IMG/VR virus record: IMGVR_UViG_3300027782_000025
Location: 1-64,000 of that record
Strand: one strand, 5' to 3'
Length of the DNA stretch: 64,000 bases
A program made the translations under genes and the position numbers. This document shows positions 8,606-16,337 of this stretch, piece after piece. Position 1 is the first letter of the stretch. Each line of letters opens with the position of its first letter. Under the pieces are notes generated by a model that had not been told where the DNA came from, did no database searches, and was given only the letters and a program-made list of their open reading frames with translations.

Positions 8606-9166
8606 ATGAAAAAACGACAATCTTGGACAAGAAAACACGCGGCTGTCCTCGCAGAATGCTTCTTCGGTGACGAAGCCGCGATGCTAAAAGCCGCGCTAGA
8701 ATTCGAACAAAACGGAGAATACTGGTTTCCGCCAGAAGGAGGAATCCGCGACATGTTCAAATACATCATCGGCAGTGCGTTAAGATCCACATTCTGGACC
8801 AAAACAATACTGCATCTCGATAAAGACAGACGCATTGAAAGCCGCATAAATCTAAAAGACGTTACCGATATCAGCAAAATCACTGAGAAACTAAAGCTGT
8901 CTCGGTCAGTCCCACTCTATAAGGGCAACGAACTTGTCGGATACGCGATAAGTGCGAGAGATCATGATTTCCTGCAAAAAATCCTTGAATACGCGAAAAG
9001 CACACTGCCAATAGAAGAACCCCGAAGCGTGGCCAGAGTAAAATACCAACGACTAAAAACCGGCTTACCCGGCCTCAGGGGGGTTACGCCGCCGCCTCGG
9101 CCTGTTACAGTGATAAGAGAGGGGGCCGCAGTGGCGCCCGCAGGATACACACGGAGATCAAAATGA
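8606..9166 (+). CDS. Hypothetical protein
   Basis: SD AAGGAG; 3' end runs through the next promoter cassette. Confidence 0.7.
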   Translation: MKKRQSWTRKHAAVLAECFFGDEAAMLKAALEFEQNGEYWFPPEGGIRDMFKYIIGSALRSTFWTKTILHLDKDRRIESRINLKDVTDISKITEKLKLSRSVPLYKGNELVGYAISARDHDFLQKILEYAKSTLPIEEPRSVARVKYQRLKTGLPGLRGVTPPPRPVTVIREGAAVAPAGYTRRSK

Positions 9167-9732
9167 AAGACCAAAAGAAATTCTGGATGTACGATCTAGG
9201 TGTAGTTGGCCAAGAAATTAAAATACTCCTCCCGTACAACGACGAGGACGAGGAGAACGTGGATGAAGAAGAGGGCGTGGGAGCACACCAAAACATCAAA
9301 GACAACCTAGCACAGCTTGGGCCGATCAACATACGAAACGGGATTGTTTTCGAAGGTTCTGAAGATCTACAGTCAACAATGGTGAAAAACGAACTTTGGA
9401 CCGGAAGGGTCACGGCAGCAGAATCCACACACTACGCGGGTGACAATATAGATGAAACGGATTTCGAATTCTGGATAGATCCGGAGGACCTTCCTAAGCT
9501 CTTGGAAATAAGTACAGCCTTAGCCAAACAATATTCTGAAGAGCTCGAAAGAGTCTACAGAAACTACGCAAGATCGAAAGGACGAACAATCGAAGAATTA
9601 GATAAAGAAGACAAAGAGAAAGAAGGGTGTGAGCAGCCACTTGGCTGGGACGGACCACATCGAGAACGAGCTAACTCTACAAAATTTGCCATTGGGTCTG
9701 CGGCCGGCGGGATTCATGTCGGAAAGCTATAA
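9163..9732 (+). CDS. Hypothetical acidic protein
   Basis: ACACACGGAG leader. Confidence 0.75.
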   Translation: MKDQKKFWMYDLGVVGQEIKILLPYNDEDEENVDEEEGVGAHQNIKDNLAQLGPINIRNGIVFEGSEDLQSTMVKNELWTGRVTAAESTHYAGDNIDETDFEFWIDPEDLPKLLEISTALAKQYSEELERVYRNYARSKGRTIEELDKEDKEKEGCEQPLGWDGPHRERANSTKFAIGSAAGGIHVGKL

Positions 9733-9811
9733 AATGAACTGGGGGGTTGCACAAGCAGCCCCCGTTTGTTACAACATTTCGGATTTGAAACACACTTTTA
9801 GGAGAACCGAA

Positions 9812-9961
9812 ATGAAGATCAAAGCAACCGTCTCCGGCCAGTTCAACACGCACCGACCATCAACCGGCCATAAAAGCCTGAGCGGAACGGTCCTAAGAGA
9901 CCGAAGGCTCCGTCGGCTTTCAACAAGGGCAGCCCAGCGAAAAGCTGCCCTCAGCGACTAG
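9812..9961 (+). CDS. Small basic peptide (49 aa)
   Basis: Cassette promoter, SD AGGAG; Arg-rich C-terminus. Confidence 0.65.
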   Translation: MKIKATVSGQFNTHRPSTGHKSLSGTVLRDRRLRRLSTRAAQRKAALSD

Positions 9962-10497
9962 TCCATATAATCATTGGGACTTCTGTCATTATGGCCATCA
10001 TCGGCTTCATGGCTGTCTCTTAGCGCGTCATCGAATGCTGTGGTTCCTGAGGGGTTTATTGGTTGTTCGTGGATTATGCTCATCCCTACTTTGTCCATTA
10101 GGTCTTTGCCTTCCATCGATGTCGTTATGATGTCTATGTATTCCCCGGTTTCTGGGTCTTGGCGCTGGAAGTTATTTATCCCTTTGAAGTCATCGAATTC
10201 TACCGTATGTGACTCTCCACCGTCTTCATCGTAGTCGCCTTCGACTTTAGTGTCTACTACAAGCGTTCCACTGTAGAGCACGCCGTCTTTTTCGAATTCT
10301 TCGAAGGTATATTCGAAATTACCATAGTATTGTCTTGGACTTCCTAGGCCCTGGCCGGTCTGCATTGACGCCCCTGGCTGTTGTTCTGGTTGTTGTTCAG
10401 GCCTTACTTGTCCTGGCATATTGATTTCATCTACGTTTTCAGTGATGAATGACGCGATTTGATTTACATCATATTCTGGTCTGTTGATATTCTTCAT
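9958..10497 (-). CDS. Acidic hypothetical protein
   Basis: SD AAGGAG; stop overlaps the opposing stop in CTAG 9958-9961; N-terminal ..IASFITE/N leader-like motif. Confidence 0.75.
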   Translation of the reverse strand: MKNINRPEYDVNQIASFITENVDEINMPGQVRPEQQPEQQPGASMQTGQGLGSPRQYYGNFEYTFEEFEKDGVLYSGTLVVDTKVEGDYDEDGGESHTVEFDDFKGINNFQRQDPETGEYIDIITTSMEGKDLMDKVGMSIIHEQPINPSGTTAFDDALRDSHEADDGHNDRSPNDYMD

Positions 10498-10527
10498 CTG
10501 TTTTCTCCTTTAAATTTTATTTTTCAT

Positions 10528-10599
10528 TGGGACGGGTGGGGATCGAACCCACTTCCTTAGTGTTATGAGCACTCTGCTCGGCCGTTGAGCTTCCGTCCC
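10528..10599 (-). tRNA. tRNA with CAT anticodon (elongator Met or Ile2), atypical, no encoded CCA
   Basis: Acceptor GGGACGG/CCGTCCC, D stem GCTC/GAGC, anticodon loop CTCATAA, T arm GTGGG-TTCGATC-CCCAC, discriminator A. Confidence 0.85.
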
Positions 10600-10611
10600 T
10601 CTAGCCAATAT

Positions 10612-10836
10612 CTACGCCAAAATCTTTTCAGCACTGATCAGCCTGCTCACTTGGTAGACAAGCTCGTCATCCACCGTACATCCCCTTTCGTAAACATCTA
10701 GGGAATCAGCTAGATCTCTGTCCTTAAACTTCTTTATAGCAAACCAGTGAGCCTCAGGCACGGTTTTGAAAGGTCCATATGTTCTCGGGACCACAGCCTG
10801 GCCCCCACAGCCGAATTCTACTACTATGAACATCAT
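10612..10836 (-). CDS. Hypothetical, paralog of 11602-11793
   Basis: SD AAGGAG; shared RT(Y/F)GPFxT..EAH and LVYQV/PVYQV motifs. Confidence 0.75.
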   Translation of the reverse strand: MMFIVVEFGCGGQAVVPRTYGPFKTVPEAHWFAIKKFKDRDLADSLDVYERGCTVDDELVYQVSRLISAEKILA

Positions 10837-10903
10837 TATCTCCTTGAAAAAGTGTCCGAAACCCCCAAAATACTGTGACAGACCAGAGCCGAAAATGCAA
10901 TGG

Positions 10904-11191
10904 TCATATCCTATAGAAATGGTATGACCAATCGAAACCACGGTCCCACCAGAAACCATGTTCCTTTGCCACTTTGTTCAGCCTATCAACATCCATATCA
11001 TCCTTACCAGCTGGGATATATCCATTTAATAATTCATAAAGCGGCCCCTCACATATCAGTGTAAAGGTTGAACCGTTTCCGACCTTTTCGTTTCGGTCTG
11101 CCCATTCTTCTTTGCTATAGATCTTGGTGTCTTCATATTTCTCGGCAAGACCATTTAAAACTTCGAGCATTTTTCCTTCATCGTAAGGCAT
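10904..11191 (-). CDS. Hypothetical early protein
   Basis: Cassette promoter 11230-11258 on -, SD AAGGAG. Confidence 0.75.
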   Translation of the reverse strand: MPYDEGKMLEVLNGLAEKYEDTKIYSKEEWADRNEKVGNGSTFTLICEGPLYELLNGYIPAGKDDMDVDRLNKVAKEHGFWWDRGFDWSYHFYRI

Positions 11192-11269
11192 TAGTTCTTC
11201 TCCTTGAAAAAGTGTTAAATCTCCGAGACCCTGTAACAAAATGGGGTTGCTGCGTCAACCCCTTAGGAA

Positions 11270-11440
11270 TTAGATCTCAGTGTACGCGACACTGGCCTTC
11301 TTTCCAAACATCGCCTGAGCCGTTTTCTCGGCTTGGTTTTGGCCGGTAGACCGAATGTAAAAATTCGCGACTTCAACACCTTTTTCGTCATAAACGATAA
11401 AAACTTTGGTGCCTTTACCGACGAACTTGATTTCACTCAT
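11270..11440 (-). CDS. Small hypothetical protein (56 aa, not in ORF track)
   Basis: MSEIKFVGKGTKVFIVYDEKG...AYTEI; CACACTTTTAGGAGA leader and promoter 11481-11509. Confidence 0.75.
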   Translation of the reverse strand: MSEIKFVGKGTKVFIVYDEKGVEVANFYIRSTGQNQAEKTAQAMFGKKASVAYTEI

Positions 11441-11480
11441 TTTTTCTTCTCCTAAAAGTGTGATTTTCTAACCCCAAAAC

Positions 11481-11551
11481 CCTGTAGCAAGCCGAGAAGC
11501 CTTTGTAAACAGTGTTTGAGGGTTTACAGGCGGGCGCCGGCTTGTTACAGG
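11481..11551. promoter_or_regulatory. Divergent promoter pair
   Basis: TTTACA-N17-TACAGG on both strands, -35 boxes 13 bp apart. Confidence 0.75.
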
Positions 11552-11601
11552 GAGAGGAGCGGGGACCGCAGTGGTGACCGCGAAACACACGGAGTAGAAA
11601 A

Positions 11602-11793
11602 ATGTTTACAGTTGTGCAGTTTGAGTGCGGCGAGACGGTTGTGGCGACCAGGACCTTTGGCCCCTTCGGGACCACTATTGAGGCCCACGTTTACGCACAG
11701 AACGTGTTCCCCGGCCTGAGCGTCGACGAGTACGGCAGAGGCGTGACTGAGGACGGAGACCCCGTCTACCAAGTGACACCACTGTCCAAGTAG
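11602..11793 (+). CDS. Hypothetical, paralog of 10612-10836
   Basis: ACACACGGAG leader. Confidence 0.75.
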   Translation: MFTVVQFECGETVVATRTFGPFGTTIEAHVYAQNVFPGLSVDEYGRGVTEDGDPVYQVTPLSK

Positions 11794-11871
11794 TTCCTAG
11801 GGGTTGCGTGAGCGACCCCCGTCTGTTACAAGGTTTTGGGTTCGAAACACACTTTCTTAAGGAGAGAAAAG

Positions 11872-12297
11872 ATGAGCTATGAATCGATGAGTGAAGCGGA
11901 GAAGTTAAAAATCTGGATCGCTGGCGTGAATGGAGAGAATAAGATGACCATCAGTGATTTTGACTATGAGCCGGGCGGGAAGTGGGACTGCGGGCATTTG
12001 AATTTCACTGCCACTACGCCTTTTGGCGACTTAGAATGGGAGGAAGTTATCCCAGGGCCACGCCATAGCGGCGACTCAGCGTCAGTTACAGTCACGTTGG
12101 ACGGGGATGACGTATCAGATTTATTCTGTGACCTAGACTTTGAAGCGCCACGCGAGGAAGGGCGCTGGGCAGACGAATTTAGAGAGGACGACGGGGTTTT
12201 GGATCAGCTCTTTGTCTACCTTGAGGCCATCAAAGATCAGCTGGTGGCGTTTAAAAAGGAGAAAAACGAGAGTCCTAGCGACGATAGAGACGAGTAA
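11872..12297 (+). CDS. Acidic hypothetical protein
   Basis: SD AAGGAGAG. Confidence 0.75.
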   Translation: MSYESMSEAEKLKIWIAGVNGENKMTISDFDYEPGGKWDCGHLNFTATTPFGDLEWEEVIPGPRHSGDSASVTVTLDGDDVSDLFCDLDFEAPREEGRWADEFREDDGVLDQLFVYLEAIKDQLVAFKKEKNESPSDDRDE

Positions 12298-12390
12298 TCG
12301 GTTTCCAAGGAGGAAAGCTGGGGGTTGCCCCAGCAGCCCCGTCTGTTACAAAGTATTGGGTTCGGAAATCACACTTTTAGGAGAAGAAAA

Positions 12391-12666
12391 ATGACAACTG
12401 AAGAATCGATCTACGTGGACATTATCGAAGACAAAGTCCCACCGACCAGCGTTCTTGTTACGAATGCCCCGATTGAAGCCAATATTAAGGAGCACAAAGA
12501 AATCGGCTCCCTTTGCCCCTACCAACGCGACACCTTGCGTTTTGTCAGCATCCTCAACGTCCATGACCGGATAGCTCAAGCTAAAGCGTGGAGGGAAGCG
12601 AATTACACCGTTCAAGGGCTGGTTCCGAACCTCCTTGAAACCGCCCGGAATTACGCCAAGAGCTAA
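12391..12666 (+). CDS. Hypothetical early protein
   Basis: Cassette promoter, SD AGGAG. Confidence 0.7.
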   Translation: MTTEESIYVDIIEDKVPPTSVLVTNAPIEANIKEHKEIGSLCPYQRDTLRFVSILNVHDRIAQAKAWREANYTVQGLVPNLLETARNYAKS

Positions 12667-12710
12667 CTTCCCTAGGGGTTTCGTAAACACACTTTTAAAG
12701 GAGAATCGAA

Positions 12711-13085
12711 ATGATAATTAAAAAGCTGATCTTCAGTAAATCGCAAACGTCTATCTTAAACGCATGGAGCCGTCAGCTCCAAGCATTATTCAGTGTCTCG
12801 CATGAAGGTGAAGAAGGCTATTTCCTCTACGAGGCGACATTTTACCGACAGTTTCCGACAAAAGATTCATCAATATTCGCTGACGATGACGACGATGTCG
12901 AGTACTTTTGCGACATCAAAAGTATTCTCACGGAAGACGACCTCATGTATGATGAGGACGAAATCTTTAGCGTCTTAAACGACTTTAATTATGGCGGCGC
13001 GTTCCATATGGAGCCAGAGCACAAAGAAATTACGCCATCAATCAAAGAGATAATCGAGGGTCTGTACAAGAAACCAATAATATAA
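12711..13085 (+). CDS. Hypothetical, paralog of 7332-7658
   Basis: SD AAGGAG; shared motifs. Confidence 0.75.
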   Translation: MIIKKLIFSKSQTSILNAWSRQLQALFSVSHEGEEGYFLYEATFYRQFPTKDSSIFADDDDDVEYFCDIKSILTEDDLMYDEDEIFSVLNDFNYGGAFHMEPEHKEITPSIKEIIEGLYKKPII

Positions 13086-13179
13086 TCCGGTTTCCAACGA
13101 GGAAAGCGGGTGGGGTTTACTCCTCCACTCGCCTTTGTTACAGGGTTTTGGGGTTTTAGCATTTTTTCAAGGAGAAAAA

Positions 13180-13860
13180 ATGGAAAATAGCTTCTTTGGT
13201 GACAAAAGAGTCCTTTTAAAATTTGATAAAAGAGACCAAGAATTCGAGAAATGGTTACTGAATTGTGAAGATCAAGCAAATACCATAGCATATATTAATG
13301 GGGTAATCGATGGAAGATGGCCAGAAGCAGAGCCGATCTTAATGAAAACAGAATACGCCGTAGGATATGCAGATAAATTCATTAAAGGAAGATGGCTTGA
13401 AGCCGAGCCATATATAATGAAAAACCCAATATTGGCCTATTGTTACGCTGAAGAAGTTATAAAAGGAAGATGGCTAGAAGCCGAACAAACCATAATGACA
13501 GATCCAGAATGCACCATCGCCTATGCTTTAGAAATCATCAAAGGAAGATGGATAGAAGCAGAACCTTTTATAAAGACTTCCCCAGCATGTGCCGCGGCGT
13601 ACGCTATCGGTATCACCAAGATGAGATGGGAAGACACACAGCTTGAATTGCGTATACTTGAATGTACGACAGAGTTAAACTACATCAGAAATCCTTCATC
13701 TGACTATTGGCAACATTCATGGGGAACCGGTGTTACTAAATACGTTTATGCCAGAATGGTTGCTAAAACATCTTGGAAAAAGCTGTATGCCGAAGTTAAA
13801 GCCACGCATGCCGAGATCACATGTTACGATAACATTAATCTCGTCGGTGTCGAAGAGTAG
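13180..13860 (+). CDS. 26-aa repeat (GRWxEAEPxI) solenoid protein
   Basis: Repeats with 78-bp period; ends DNINLVGVEE like the modules of 39607-44634. Confidence 0.85.
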   Translation: MENSFFGDKRVLLKFDKRDQEFEKWLLNCEDQANTIAYINGVIDGRWPEAEPILMKTEYAVGYADKFIKGRWLEAEPYIMKNPILAYCYAEEVIKGRWLEAEQTIMTDPECTIAYALEIIKGRWIEAEPFIKTSPACAAAYAIGITKMRWEDTQLELRILECTTELNYIRNPSSDYWQHSWGTGVTKYVYARMVAKTSWKKLYAEVKATHAEITCYDNINLVGVEE

Positions 13861-13925
13861 CTATTTCCACTCGGTTTCCATTTGTTACAGGGTTTTGGGT
13901 TTTAACACTTTTTTCAAGGAGAAAA

Positions 13926-15053
13926 ATGATGAATACTGTAGTAATGCAATCGGCCAGCCTCTACTTCAAAGACAATGTAAGTGACAAAGTCTACAACGTC
14001 ACCCTCGAAGAAGCAGATGGTGGATACATCGTCAACTGCTCATGGGGTAGACGAGGCGGAGCCTTACAAAGTGCCACGCAAACCAAATCCCCAGTATCCA
14101 TCGACAAAGCCATCGCCATCTACCATAAAAAACTATCCGAAAAAACCTCTAAAGGATACATGCCCACCTCCGACACCGGCAGAACACTCGGCAACTCCAT
14201 AACCGTGCCCGACACCGATAAACCATTCGAACCAATCTGTAACCTACTAAACCCTATAAACGAATACCAACTCAAACAACTGCTAATAGACGACTCTTGG
14301 ATCATGCAAGAAAAAATGGACGGCGTGCGCATGATCCTCACGCGCAAAGGCGACAGCATCACCGCAGTCAGCCGAACAGGACGCGAAGCCACAATCCCCC
14401 AAGAAGTACACGACACCCTCATCAAGACCTCAGTCCAGAACTACATCATCGACGGAGAACTAGTCGGCGACGTCTACCACGTATTCGACCTCCTAAGACT
14501 CCAAGCAATGGACTTCGCGGCCAAGAATACCTTCGAAGAAAGATATGAAGCACTCGTCGAACTACTCAACGGCATCGACGACACCAACGTCAAAGTCGTG
14601 AAGACCCACTCAGGCTACGACAAAACCCAGGCCTTCGAAGACCTTAAATCCGCCGAAGGCGTGGTGTTCAAGCACAAAAACGCGTTCTATAAGGCTGGTA
14701 GACCATCAAGCGGTGGCGGATACTTGAAATACAAGTTCTACAAAAGCTGCAGCGCTCTGGTCACCGGGATAAATGACAAAAGGTCTATAGCCCTGAGTTT
14801 AATCGAAGACATGCCAGAGCACGGTAGCGAATATGTCGTCGGTAGAAGGCTCATATCAGTAGGGAACTGCACCATCCCCGTGAATTATGACTTCCCACAA
14901 AATGGTGACATCGTTGAGATTAAATACCTCTATGCTCGGAAGCCTAGCAACGCGCTCTACCAGCCGAGCTACCTTGGTAAAAGGACGGACATCCAGCTTA
15001 AGGATGTCCTATTGTCGCAGCTCATCTATAAGGTGGGTGAGGAAGAGGAATAG
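13926..15053 (+). CDS. WGR domain + ATP-dependent DNA ligase
   Basis: SDKVY...WGRRG...K..EK..KGY (WGR); QEKMDGVR (KxDG), DGEL, FDLL, EGVVFK motifs; C-terminal OB fold. Confidence 0.85.
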   Translation: MMNTVVMQSASLYFKDNVSDKVYNVTLEEADGGYIVNCSWGRRGGALQSATQTKSPVSIDKAIAIYHKKLSEKTSKGYMPTSDTGRTLGNSITVPDTDKPFEPICNLLNPINEYQLKQLLIDDSWIMQEKMDGVRMILTRKGDSITAVSRTGREATIPQEVHDTLIKTSVQNYIIDGELVGDVYHVFDLLRLQAMDFAAKNTFEERYEALVELLNGIDDTNVKVVKTHSGYDKTQAFEDLKSAEGVVFKHKNAFYKAGRPSSGGGYLKYKFYKSCSALVTGINDKRSIALSLIEDMPEHGSEYVVGRRLISVGNCTIPVNYDFPQNGDIVEIKYLYARKPSNALYQPSYLGKRTDIQLKDVLLSQLIYKVGEEEE

Positions 15054-15154
15054 TACCATTTCCAACGAGGAAAGCATGGGGTGGGGGGATTTACTCTTCC
15101 GCCCCTTTTTGCTACAACGTATTGGGTTAATAACACTTTTCAAGGAGAAAAACG

Positions 15155-15367
15155 ATGAGATTCAATGTAACAGCCGAAAATGCCGAACGCCTAAGGCCAG
15201 ACGAAGTAAAAGCAATACTCGAGAACCTAATCGAAACCGCCTGCACTCATTTCGAAGACGTGCTAGACTCAGACTCGGACCACGACCCCGAGTGGAAAGA
15301 ATACGCTCGGAACTCCCTCGACATAAAATTCACAATCGAAATCGCCCAGAATCAAGGAGAAATATAA
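15155..15367 (+). CDS. Hypothetical early protein
   Basis: Cassette promoter, SD AAGGAG. Confidence 0.7.
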   Translation: MRFNVTAENAERLRPDEVKAILENLIETACTHFEDVLDSDSDHDPEWKEYARNSLDIKFTIEIAQNQGEI

Positions 15368-15570
15368 TGAAATACAAAATCCTAATCGACGACAACGTAA
15401 CCGACCTAATGGAAAAAGTCAACACCCACCTCGAAGACAAATGGGAAATAATAGGCTCCCACACTGTGGCCATCCGCAAAACACAAAACCGATACTCAGG
15501 CGAACGACTTATGGACTGCTATAGCCAGCTAGAATATACGCAAACAGTCATCAAACATATTGACGATTGA
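15367..15570 (+). CDS. Hypothetical (possibly DUF1737-like)
   Basis: TAATG coupling; YKIL...LxxxVNxxLxxxWxxxG pattern. Confidence 0.55.
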   Translation: MKYKILIDDNVTDLMEKVNTHLEDKWEIIGSHTVAIRKTQNRYSGERLMDCYSQLEYTQTVIKHIDD

Positions 15571-15632
15571 CAAAGCCCATTAAACCTGCTACAATAAAAC
15601 CAGATTTCACCATTTAACCAAGGAGCATAAGC

Positions 15633-15911
15633 ATGAAAAAGAAAACCGAAAAGAAACCAGAAGTAATGATCGTCTGGGCCTCAACCAAAGAACACCTTGA
15701 CAAAGGAGAAATCCACGTCCTCGACTCCTACGTCGGCCCCCGAAAATACCTAAAAGACGAACTCGATCCCAGACTAACCATGGGAAGCGACCAAAAACTC
15801 CCATTCGCCCAAACGTGGCAAGAAGCCGTTTTCTTCATGGGTGAAAACCTAGGCAAACCAGTACAACTCCTCACCTCCGTTGGCAAACGCGTCGGCCTCC
15901 TCGAAGACTAA
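15633..15911 (+). CDS. Hypothetical protein
   Basis: Promoter TTGACA-N17-TACAAT, SD AAGGAG. Confidence 0.7.
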   Translation: MKKKTEKKPEVMIVWASTKEHLDKGEIHVLDSYVGPRKYLKDELDPRLTMGSDQKLPFAQTWQEAVFFMGENLGKPVQLLTSVGKRVGLLED

Positions 15912-15920
15912 GGAAAAAAC

Positions 15921-16337
15921 ATGGACCCACTAAGAACCTGTACATGCTGCGATAAAGAGCTACCCCCGGCCTCCTTCCCAAGAGAAGTCGGGGACTGCGA
16001 AGAATGCTGCGCCAAACGCTTCCTAATAGATATGTTCGAAAGCCCAAAAAGCGAACAACACTTCTGGAAATTCCGCGCGTGGAGCACAACAGCCTACGAC
16101 ACCAAAAGCCTACTCGAAGAAGAATCCGAATACTTCCACATAGAAGTCATGCAAAAAAATCTCCGCATCACCCTAGGCATCAAGAAAAAGACTAATTCAG
16201 AAGACGAATATCTAATCTGGGTAGGTGACAAACAATTATTAGTAAAAGCCACCCCTATGACCCCCGAGACAATCGAACTCGGTGAAGACAGTGGCAAAGT
16301 AATAAGTATCCACGAAGCAAAAGACCGATTAGAATAA
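15921..16337 (+). CDS. Hypothetical with N-terminal Cys finger
   Basis: CTCC...CEEC; SD AAGGA. Confidence 0.7.
   Translation: MDPLRTCTCCDKELPPASFPREVGDCEECCAKRFLIDMFESPKSEQHFWKFRAWSTTAYDTKSLLEEESEYFHIEVMQKNLRITLGIKKKTNSEDEYLIWVGDKQLLVKATPMTPETIELGEDSGKVISIHEAKDRLE

Noticed and set aside
244-9961. Long N-terminal extensions and antisense ORFs in the ORF track (e.g. 278, 1314, 1905, 2177, 2653, 1371-1754, 1914-2333)
   Set aside because: Extensions translate promoter/leader DNA upstream of strong SD-ATG starts. Antisense ORFs shadow real genes and lack SDs.
10528-10599. Initiator tRNA-fMet
   Set aside because: G1-C72 is paired and the anticodon stem lacks three consecutive G-C pairs.
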